NCBI GenBank assembly: GCA_041640655.1
Contig: JBEPZV010000030.1
Location: forward strand, 1 to 33,063
Length of the DNA stretch: 33,063 bases
Direction: 5' to 3'
Source: a bacterium
GTDB taxonomy: Bacteria; Acidobacteriota; Blastocatellia; HR10
Part shown: positions 1-7,629 of the stretch, one piece after another
How positions within the stretch are numbered: position 1 is the stretch's first letter
Layout of the letters: each line of letters begins with the position of its first letter
Notes under the pieces: generated by a model
Database searches by the model: none
Told to the model about the DNA's origin: nothing
Seen by the model: only the letters and a program-made list of their open reading frames with translations
Made by a program: the position numbers and the translations under genes

Positions 1-176
1 GCATCCGCGAAGGCCTCGGCCAATCGCGCGCCGAGCGCCGTGGCGATCTTCGGATATTGCAGCACGAGCGCGCACTGGATATAGCGCGCGCTGTGCAAGC
101 CCGAGGAGAGCCGAAAATGGCCCTCCAGAAGAGCCCCGGCCTCCCGAAAGAGGCGTCCGATGTCGTCTGTGCTCAT
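1..176 (-). CDS. pyrE: Orotate phosphoribosyltransferase, N-terminal part (runs off the window start)
   Basis: Not in the ORF track. Manual translation from ATG at 176 gives MSTDDIGRLFREAGALLEGHFRLSSGLHSARYIQCALVLQYPKIATALGARLAEAFAD, matching the PyrE N-terminal pattern GALLEGHFxLSSGxHS. AAGGAG SD upstream; ATGA overlap with the stop of the TPR gene. Confidence 0.92.
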   Translation of the reverse strand, partial: MSTDDIGRLFREAGALLEGHFRLSSGLHSARYIQCALVLQYPKIATALGARLAEAFAD

Positions 177-3100
177 CCCGTCGTCTCCTTCAGAGAATCA
201 GCCTCGCGTGGAGAAGAGGACGTCGCGCCTCGCCGCTCTTCCTCTGTCGCCAGCGGGGCGGCCTCTTCTTCGCCCCCAAGGGCGAGCGCGGTCGAGGGAG
301 AAGGAGGCGTCGGAGGAGTCACCCGAGGAGCTGGGCGCAACCGCTGGGCGAGGCGATCGACGAGTCCGCCGAGCAAGAGGGCCACGTCTTGCTCCGGAGA
401 GCGAACGGCTGGGCGCGGGGCTGATTCGCTTCGTTGTTGAATCGCCTTGCTGTAGGCGGCCGTCGCCCCCTCGAGGTCTCCCTTGATGTAGAGCATCCGC
501 CCCAGCTCATGGTAGGCTTCGGCGAAGACGCCCTGGCGTTGGGCGATGGCCTTCTGGAACGCTTCGATGGCCCGGGCGACTTCGCCTCGGCGCGCGTGCA
601 CGCGCCCCTTTTGGTAGTAGGCTTCGGGGAAGACGCCACGATTGGCCGCGATCGCCAGGGAGAATTGATCCAGAGCCGGATCGAGCATTCCCCGACGGCT
701 GTAGAGCAAGCCCAATTCGTAATGGGCCTCAGGAAAGCTCTGCGGATGAGTGGCGCAGACCGCGTGCAATGCGGCGATGGCTCCGTCCACATCGCCTTGC
801 GCGGTCAGGGCGCGCCCGAGCCAGTAGTGCGCTTCCGGGAAATCGCCCTGCTGCTCAAGCGCCGTCTGGAACTCGCGGGCAGCCGCGGCATACTCCCCCT
901 TCTCGTAGAGTGCTTTGCCGAGGTCGAAATGCGCTTCAGGGAAGGGGCCGCTCTTTTGCTCCAACGCCTGGCGTAGCTCCCGGAGCGCCTCCTCCAGTTG
1001 CCCCCGGCCGAGCGCGAGCACCCCCAAATAGTAGTGCGCTTCGGGATCGTTCGGGTGAAGCTCCAGCGCTTTCCGGAATGAGGCTTCCGCTTGCTCCCAT
1101 TCGCCCGCTTGCAGCAGCACCAGGCCCAGGTTGTGATGGAGCGCCGGATCGCGCCCGCCCGTTTGCTCCATCGCCTGCCGATAGGCCTCGATGGCTCTGG
1201 CGATGTCCCCTTGCCGCACGTAAGCGTTCCCCAAGTTCCACAGGGCTTCGGGGAAATGCCCGCCGCTTTGTTCGATCGCCGTGCGATAGGTCGAGATCGC
1301 ATCCTCGATTCGCCCTTGAGCGAGGAAGACGTTCCCCAGACTGTAGTACGCCAGGGGGAACAGCTCGCACTGCGCGATCGCCTGATGGAGCGCTTCCAGA
1401 GCCGCATCCAGCTCTCCTTGCTCGAGGAGCATGACGCCCAGGCTGTAGTACGCCAGAGGGAACGCATGGGGCTCGACTTCGATCGCGCGGTGAAAGGCGG
1501 CGCGCGCTTCGGCCACTTCCCCGCGTTCCCAGAGGGCGAGGCCGAGCCGATAGTGCGCTTGACCGAAATCGGGCTTGTGCTCGATGGCTGTGCGATAGGC
1601 GGCGATCGCCTGCTCCAGGTCTCCGCGCGCGAAGTAAGCGTTGCCGAGATCGTAATACCCCTCCGGGTATGGGCGTCCCGCCGTTTGAATCGCCGCCTGG
1701 AAGGCGACGATGGCGCGCTCGATCTCGCCCCGATCCAGAAGCGCCACTCCCAGATCATGATGCGCGCGCGAGAGATCGGGCTTGAGCTGGAGGGCGCGCT
1801 CCAGAGCGCGGATCGCCTCGTCCAGCTCGCCATTCAGATAGAGCGCGACGCCCAGGCCGTGATGCGCGTGCACGAAGTCGGGGCGGAGCGCGAGCGCCTG
1901 CCGATAGGCCTCGATGGCATCCTCCACGCGCCCGACGTGCAGCAGCGCGCGCCCCAGGTGATCGTACGCCTCGGGGAACTCCGGCTGCCCTTCAATCGCC
2001 AGGCGCAGACTCTGGATCGCGTCTTCCCACTCTCCAGCATCAAGCAGGGCGCGCCCCAGATGATAGTGCGCCTCGGGGAAATCGCTCCGCGCGCGCACGG
2101 CCTGGCGGAAGGCCTCGATGGCTTCCGGAAGCGCGTCCATTCCTTTTTGTTGAAGCGCGCGTCCGAGTTCCAGGTACGCTTCCGGCCACGGTGTCGGGCA
2201 CGCCGCGATCGCGCACCGATAGGCCTCGATGGCCTCCTCCAACTTCCCCTGCGCGAGGAGCGCGAGCCCCAAATCGCGCCATGCTTCCGGATACGGCTCC
2301 TGGCGCTGATGGATCGCCGTCTGGTACGCGTCGATGGCTTCGGCCAGATCACCGCGGCTATACGCGATGCGCCCCAGCAAATAGTATGCCTCCGGGAAGT
2401 GACGCTCGCGTTGCTCGATGGCCGTCCGAATCGCCTCATGGGCCGCCTCCAACTCTCCAAGCTCCAGGAGCGTGCGGGCCAAATTGAAATGCGCGTTGGG
2501 AAAGTGCGGATGTTCGGCGATCGCTTGACGGAAGGCGTCGGCCGCCGCCTGCAGCTCGCCTTTCTCGTGCAGTACGCGCCCGAGGTTATACTGCGCGCGC
2601 GGGAATGTCCCCCCGGCCGCCTCCAGCGCTTGGCGAAAAGCTGCAGCCGCTCGGTCCAGGTCCTTTCGGAGGAAGAAGAGGTGCCCGAGCTCGTACCAGC
2701 TCTCAGCCACCTCATATCCTTGGGCGATCACGTGCTCAAGATGCGCGATAGCCTCTTCCAAACGTCCGGCGCTGGCGAGCGCCCGCGCCAGCTCCAGCTC
2801 CGCTTCGGGAAAGTGCCCCTGTCGCTGTTCCACGGCGCGGCTGAGAGCCGCGATCGCCTCCTCATGCGCGCCCTGCGTCGCATACAGGCGGCCGAGATCG
2901 TAATACGCCCTGGGGAAGAAGGGATTCTGTTCGATGGCGCGATGATATGCGGCGGCGGCTTGCTCGACAGCCCCTTGCTGCGCGAGCAGCAGTCCGAGTT
3001 GGTGATGCGCCGCGGCGAAGTTCCCCCCGCGTTGGCGAATGGCTGTCTCCAGGGCTTCACGCGCGGCCTCTAGATCCCCCTGCCGCAAATACGCGCGCCC

Positions 3101-3865
3101 GAGATTGAAATAGGCCTCCGGATGATTCGGATGCACCTGAAGCAGCGCGCGGAAGGTGGCGATCGCTTCCTCCAGGCGCCCTCGCGCCAGCAATGCTCTC
3201 CCCAGCTCGTACTGCGCTTCGGGATACACACCCCCGCGTTGTGCGATCGCCGTGCGAAAGGCCTCGATCGCTTCTTCCAGATCGCCTTTCCCCATCAGGA
3301 GCCAACCGAGCTGAAAATGGATGTCCGGACTGTGCCCCCCGGACTGCTCGATGGCCGTGCGATAGGCCGCGATCGCCTCCTCGATGCGTCCGGTGTGCGC
3401 CAGCGCGAACCCCAGGTGAAAATGGGCGCGCGGGAAGATGCCGCCGCGTTGCGCGATCGCCTGCCGAAAGGCTTCGATCGCTCGCTCGACCTCCCCTTTA
3501 CCGAGGAGCGCCAGCCCGAGATTGTGATAAGCGCCGGGATGGTTCCCACCCGTTTGTTCAATGGCACGCTCATAGGCCGCGATGGCCTCTTCGAGCTCGC
3601 CGCGCCGAGCCAGCGCCATCCCCAAATAATAGTGCGCTTCCGGATACTGCGGCTGTTGCTCAATGGCCGTTCGAAACGCGGCGATCGCTCGCTCCACATC
3701 CCCGGCGTCATAAAGGGCTCGGCCCAGTAGGAAATAGGCTTTGGGGAACCGACCTTGCTGCTGCTTGATCGCCGCGCGAAGGGCCGTGATCGCCGCCTCC
3801 AGCTCCCCCCGCTGATAATGGTGCTGCGCCTGGTCGAGATAGTGCTGAGCGAGATAACCCGTCAT
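173..3865 (-). CDS. Very large tetratricopeptide-repeat protein (about 33 TPRs, 1230 aa) with Pro/Ser/Thr-rich C-terminal tail
   Basis: Continuous 34-36 aa repeats of the form PEAxYxLGxALxxxGxxEEAIxAxRxAIxQ. Start reassigned to ATG 3865 (MTGYLAQ) behind AGGAGG, because the 4090 start overlaps the kinase gene. No signal peptide or catalytic domain seen. Confidence 0.9.
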   Translation of the reverse strand: MTGYLAQHYLDQAQHHYQRGELEAAITALRAAIKQQQGRFPKAYFLLGRALYDAGDVERAIAAFRTAIEQQPQYPEAHYYLGMALARRGELEEAIAAYERAIEQTGGNHPGAYHNLGLALLGKGEVERAIEAFRQAIAQRGGIFPRAHFHLGFALAHTGRIEEAIAAYRTAIEQSGGHSPDIHFQLGWLLMGKGDLEEAIEAFRTAIAQRGGVYPEAQYELGRALLARGRLEEAIATFRALLQVHPNHPEAYFNLGRAYLRQGDLEAAREALETAIRQRGGNFAAAHHQLGLLLAQQGAVEQAAAAYHRAIEQNPFFPRAYYDLGRLYATQGAHEEAIAALSRAVEQRQGHFPEAELELARALASAGRLEEAIAHLEHVIAQGYEVAESWYELGHLFFLRKDLDRAAAAFRQALEAAGGTFPRAQYNLGRVLHEKGELQAAADAFRQAIAEHPHFPNAHFNLARTLLELGELEAAHEAIRTAIEQRERHFPEAYYLLGRIAYSRGDLAEAIDAYQTAIHQRQEPYPEAWRDLGLALLAQGKLEEAIEAYRCAIAACPTPWPEAYLELGRALQQKGMDALPEAIEAFRQAVRARSDFPEAHYHLGRALLDAGEWEDAIQSLRLAIEGQPEFPEAYDHLGRALLHVGRVEDAIEAYRQALALRPDFVHAHHGLGVALYLNGELDEAIRALERALQLKPDLSRAHHDLGVALLDRGEIERAIVAFQAAIQTAGRPYPEGYYDLGNAYFARGDLEQAIAAYRTAIEHKPDFGQAHYRLGLALWERGEVAEARAAFHRAIEVEPHAFPLAYYSLGVMLLEQGELDAALEALHQAIAQCELFPLAYYSLGNVFLAQGRIEDAISTYRTAIEQSGGHFPEALWNLGNAYVRQGDIARAIEAYRQAMEQTGGRDPALHHNLGLVLLQAGEWEQAEASFRKALELHPNDPEAHYYLGVLALGRGQLEEALRELRQALEQKSGPFPEAHFDLGKALYEKGEYAAAAREFQTALEQQGDFPEAHYWLGRALTAQGDVDGAIAALHAVCATHPQSFPEAHYELGLLYSRRGMLDPALDQFSLAIAANRGVFPEAYYQKGRVHARRGEVARAIEAFQKAIAQRQGVFAEAYHELGRMLYIKGDLEGATAAYSKAIQQRSESAPRPAVRSPEQDVALLLGGLVDRLAQRLRPAPRVTPPTPPSPSTALALGGEEEAAPLATEEERRGATSSSPREADSLKETTG

Positions 3866-3890
3866 GATCCCCCTCCTGGCGCTCCGGGTT

Positions 3891-6413
3891 TTATTCCCGA
3901 AAGTGGAAGAGCACGGCTCGACTGCCACGAAGCCAGACGAGAAGCGGAGCGCTCGTGGGTGCTCCCGTTCGCTTCGCCCGGACGACCTCTCGACCGTTGA
4001 GCGCCAGCGCCACTTCGTTTCGATCCGCCACGAGCGTGAGCGTCCAGGGAGTGGCCGGATCCGGCGGATCATTGAGCGGCTCCAGCACATCCTCTCGCGC
4101 GCCGATGAGGCGAACGGGGCGAACGCTCCAGGCGGAGAATTCGCGCGCGCGCTCGAGCCGAAAGCCGAGCGCTACATCCCCTGATCGGAAGAGGAGGACA
4201 CAGTGCCGTTCGGTCGAGGGCGGAGCGAGCGCCAGCTCGAAGGTGAGCCGAGGGGGGATGTCCGCTCGGAGCAGGCGTGGGATGGGTTCTCCCTGAGCGT
4301 GAAGCAGAAGAGCATCGCGCGTTCGATCAAGCCACGCACCTCCATCGCTCCGGGAGAGCGCCTGCTGCCACAGGCGGCGCGCATCTTCCAGACGACCGAG
4401 GCGCAGTGCGTAGAGCTCGGCGAGCGCCTCCAGAGCCTCCGGGAACTGATCGCGCCGCTGCTCGAGCGCCAGGCGTAGCTGCTCTTCCGCCTCCTCATAG
4501 CGTCCGACGGCGGGATCGGCGAGGACCAGGGCCAGGTCGTATCGAGCCTCCGGGAAATTTCCCCCGCGCAAGAGGAGAGCCGCGCGTAGTTCGGCGAGCG
4601 CCCGCTCATAGTCGCGCACGCGATAGAGCGCGCGCCCCAGCACGTGACGGGCGGTCGGGTCATTCCCCCCACGCTTGGCGAGCGCTGTCGAGAGCACCTC
4701 GATGGCCATCGGGGCTTCCCCCCGCTCCAGGAGCACGCGCCCGAGCACGAGATAGGCTTCTGGAAAGAGGCCGTTCTTCAATCGAATCGCCCGCCGGAGT
4801 TCCCGCACGGCCAGCTCATACTGCTTTTGCAGAAGGAGGATGCGCCCGACTTCAAGCAGATCCTCGGGATTCTCCCCCGCCCGCTCGAGCGCCTCGCCGA
4901 GCACGCGCTCGGCTTCCTCGCGCCGCCCCTGACGCAGATACAGCTCGCCGAGAGCCGTGGCGGCGGCGATCAAGCGGCCGCGACTTTGTTCGAGAGCCGC
5001 TCGAAAGGCACGCTCGGCGCCCTCGGCATCCCCCTCCTCCCACAACACGCGTCCGAGCTGAAGCTGCGCTTCCGGGAACGCGCCGCCCGCTTGTTCCAGC
5101 GCCCGCAGGACTTCGCTCTTGGCCCCGGCGATCTCCCCCTGATCCAGATAAATGAGGCTCAGCAAATAATGCGCGCGCGCATTACCCACTGCACTCCCGG
5201 CGATGATCTCCCGCAACAGTCGAGCGGCACCCTCTCGATCCCCCTCCTCGAACAAGCGCCAGGCTTCTGAGAGCGGATCGTAAATCGAGCGCGGCGCGGG
5301 CGGAGCGGCGATGGCGGGCGGCGGCGGAAGAGGCGGCCAGTTGGTCAACCACCGATAGGTCCGATATCCCAATCCGCTCGCGCCCACCAGCAGGAGCGCG
5401 CTCGCCAGCACTACCCCCCATCGGGGGCGGATGAGACGAGCGGTGGGCGCCGCGCTCTCTTGAGGGCGCGTGGGGTGAACCGGAACTCCTTCGGCCGAGG
5501 TCGGACGCGACGGAAGCCGCACGGTTCGTCGTCCCGTGCTCGCGCGCACCGCGCGCTCGAACTCCTCCGCCAATTCCCACGCGCTCTGCGGCCGGGCCGC
5601 CGGATCCTTGCTGAGCGCGCGCCGCACGACGGCCTCGATCTCCGGATTCACATCCGGCCGCAGCGCTCGAAGCGGCGGCGGCTCCTCGTGGACATGCTTG
5701 AGCATGACCTCCATCGGATCTCCCTCGAAGGGAGGACGTCCCGCCAGCATCTCATACAGGATCACGCCCACGCTGTAGATGTCCGAGAGCGCCGTCGGGC
5801 TCTTCGCCTGACATTGTTCGGGAGAGGCGTATTCTGGTGTGCCGATGAAGACACGGCGCGAGAGGGGGTCTCGATCCCGCTTCTGCTCATCCACCACCTT
5901 CGCGATGCCGAAGTCGAGCACCTTGACGTAATCCCTCTCCCCAGCCGCCTGCTGCAAGATGATGTTGTCCGGCTTGAGATCACGATGGATGATCCCTTGA
6001 GCGTGCGCTTCGGCCAGCGCCGAACAAATTTGCGTGAGGATGCGCGCCGCGCGCGCGGGCGAGAAGGGGCCTTCGCGCTTCAGCACCTCGGTGAGCGTCT
6101 CCCCCTCCAGATACTCCATGAGCAGGTAGACGACGTCGTCCTCGCGTCCGCAATCCACAATGTTGATCGCATGCGGGTGCGTGATGCGGGCCGCCGCGCG
6201 CGCCTCATGCAGGAAGCGTTCGACGAAGCTCGGATAGGCCGCCAGATCCTCCAGCAGGACTTTGAGCGCGACCACCTTCCCCGTCACGACGTTCCGCGCG
6301 CGGTAGACGCTCCCCATCCCCCCTTGTCCGATCTTCGCCTCGATTTGATACTTGCCCGCGATCGTGCGTCCCAGCAGCCGATCCGGCTTGGTCTCTTCCA
6401 TCGGTCCGGTCAT
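3891..6413 (-). CDS. Hanks-type Ser/Thr protein kinase with one TM helix, TPR repeats and a C-terminal beta-rich domain
   Basis: Motifs GQGGMG, VALK, HRDLKPDN, DFG, GTPEYASPE, DIYSVG. Hydrophobic segment WGVVLASALLLVGASGLGY, a Pro-rich linker, then about 9 TPR-like repeats. Start could be 6401. Confidence 0.92.
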   Translation of the reverse strand: MTGPMEETKPDRLLGRTIAGKYQIEAKIGQGGMGSVYRARNVVTGKVVALKVLLEDLAAYPSFVERFLHEARAAARITHPHAINIVDCGREDDVVYLLMEYLEGETLTEVLKREGPFSPARAARILTQICSALAEAHAQGIIHRDLKPDNIILQQAAGERDYVKVLDFGIAKVVDEQKRDRDPLSRRVFIGTPEYASPEQCQAKSPTALSDIYSVGVILYEMLAGRPPFEGDPMEVMLKHVHEEPPPLRALRPDVNPEIEAVVRRALSKDPAARPQSAWELAEEFERAVRASTGRRTVRLPSRPTSAEGVPVHPTRPQESAAPTARLIRPRWGVVLASALLLVGASGLGYRTYRWLTNWPPLPPPPAIAAPPAPRSIYDPLSEAWRLFEEGDREGAARLLREIIAGSAVGNARAHYLLSLIYLDQGEIAGAKSEVLRALEQAGGAFPEAQLQLGRVLWEEGDAEGAERAFRAALEQSRGRLIAAATALGELYLRQGRREEAERVLGEALERAGENPEDLLEVGRILLLQKQYELAVRELRRAIRLKNGLFPEAYLVLGRVLLERGEAPMAIEVLSTALAKRGGNDPTARHVLGRALYRVRDYERALAELRAALLLRGGNFPEARYDLALVLADPAVGRYEEAEEQLRLALEQRRDQFPEALEALAELYALRLGRLEDARRLWQQALSRSDGGAWLDRTRDALLLHAQGEPIPRLLRADIPPRLTFELALAPPSTERHCVLLFRSGDVALGFRLERAREFSAWSVRPVRLIGAREDVLEPLNDPPDPATPWTLTLVADRNEVALALNGREVVRAKRTGAPTSAPLLVWLRGSRAVLFHFRE

Positions 6414-6465
6414 TCGCGCGATGCTCTTGCCTGATCCCCTCTCTTGCCGTATCCTGATAGGCTTT

Positions 6466-6493
6466 ATCTTATCGCAAAACGAATCGGATGCAA
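6466..6493 (-). promoter_or_regulatory. Putative sigma70-type promoter for the kinase-TPR-pyrE operon
   Basis: Minus strand TTGCAT-N16-TAAGAT in an AT-richer divergent intergenic region. Confidence 0.35.
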
Positions 6494-6520
6494 GCCATTT
6501 CCAACCAGGGAGGTGAGCGG

Positions 6521-7585
6521 ATGCCGAGACTCACGCGCCGCCATTTCGTGTTGAGTGGAATGACCGCCCTCGTCTCCACGCGGATGCGATCCGCGCGGGC
6601 GCAGTCACGAACCCCGAATCGGCCGCTGGCGATCGCCAGCGCCAATCGCGTCACCTTGCCCGACGGCACGGTCTATTACAACGGGATTCGCGCGACGGCG
6701 CGGGCGTTCGAGCTGATGCGCGCCGGGAGCGATCCCCTGGATGCGGTGATCGCCGGCGTCACGATCGTTGAGGATGATCCCAACGATATGAGCGTCGGGT
6801 ATGGCGGCTTGCCGAATGAAGAGGGTGAGGTCGAATTGGACGCCTCAGTCATGCACGGACCGACGGGCCGCTGTGGCGCCGTCGCGGCCTTGCGCTACAT
6901 CAAGAATCCCTCTCGGGTCGCGCGTCTGGTCATGGAGGAGACCGATCACATCTTGCTCGTCGGCGAAGGTGCGCTGCGGTTCGCGCTCTCGTTCGGCTTC
7001 CAGAAGCAAGATCTGTTGACGGAACGCGCGCGCCAGGTGTGGCTCCAATGGCGACGCGAGCGCAGCGAGCGGGATCACTGGATGCAGCATCAGCTTCCCG
7101 GGGCGTTGCGCTCGGCGCTTCAGACTCTGGATGGGACGCACTTCACGGGGACGATCAATTGCCTGGCGATCACCGAAGCGGGGGATCTGGCCGGCGTGAC
7201 CACCACAAGTGGCCTGGCCTTCAAAGTCCCTGGGCGCGTCGGCGACTCCCCGATCATCGGGTGCGGCCTCTACGTGGATAATGACGTCGGGGCGGCGGGC
7301 TCGACCGGTTGGGGCGAGGATAATATCCGCGTCGTCGGCGCTCACACGGTCGTGGAGAATATGCGGCGTGGTATGAGTCCACTGGAGGCGTGCCTGGACG
7401 CCCTGCGGCGCATCGTCAAACTCTACGGCGGACGGCCCGCGCATCAGGTGAATTTCTACGCCCTCAACAAGAATGGCGAGTACGCCGGAGCCGCCATCTT
7501 CAAGGGGGCGCAATTCGCCGTCACCGATGCGCGCGGCAGCCGCGTCGAAGACTCCGCTTATCTCCTCGAGCGCCCGCCGCAGTGA
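6521..7585 (+). CDS. N(4)-(beta-N-acetylglucosaminyl)-L-asparaginase / isoaspartyl peptidase family (Ntn hydrolase), Tat signal peptide
   Basis: Motifs SVGYGGLPNEEGEVELDA, GTINC (nucleophile Thr), TTTSGL, GRVGDSPIIG. Twin-arginine TRRHFV with ARA cleavage site. GGAGGTG SD before ATG 6521. Confidence 0.88.
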   Translation: MPRLTRRHFVLSGMTALVSTRMRSARAQSRTPNRPLAIASANRVTLPDGTVYYNGIRATARAFELMRAGSDPLDAVIAGVTIVEDDPNDMSVGYGGLPNEEGEVELDASVMHGPTGRCGAVAALRYIKNPSRVARLVMEETDHILLVGEGALRFALSFGFQKQDLLTERARQVWLQWRRERSERDHWMQHQLPGALRSALQTLDGTHFTGTINCLAITEAGDLAGVTTTSGLAFKVPGRVGDSPIIGCGLYVDNDVGAAGSTGWGEDNIRVVGAHTVVENMRRGMSPLEACLDALRRIVKLYGGRPAHQVNFYALNKNGEYAGAAIFKGAQFAVTDARGSRVEDSAYLLERPPQ

Positions 7586-7629
7586 GCCCGCGCGATCGCT
7601 GACATCACCGGGAGCAGTGAGCCCACCCG

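Noticed and set aside
1091..3073. 660-aa plus-strand ORF and other long ORFs antisense to the TPR gene
   Set aside because: Shadow frames of a high-GC repetitive gene; no motifs, and the periodicity mirrors the TPR repeats.
173..3865. TPR-coding nucleotide periodicity as a CRISPR-like or DNA tandem repeat
   Set aside because: Repeats are degenerate at DNA level and explained entirely by the protein repeat.
3866..4090. 75-aa N-terminal extension of the TPR ORF
   Set aside because: Overlaps the kinase 3' end; a strong SD precedes ATG 3865.
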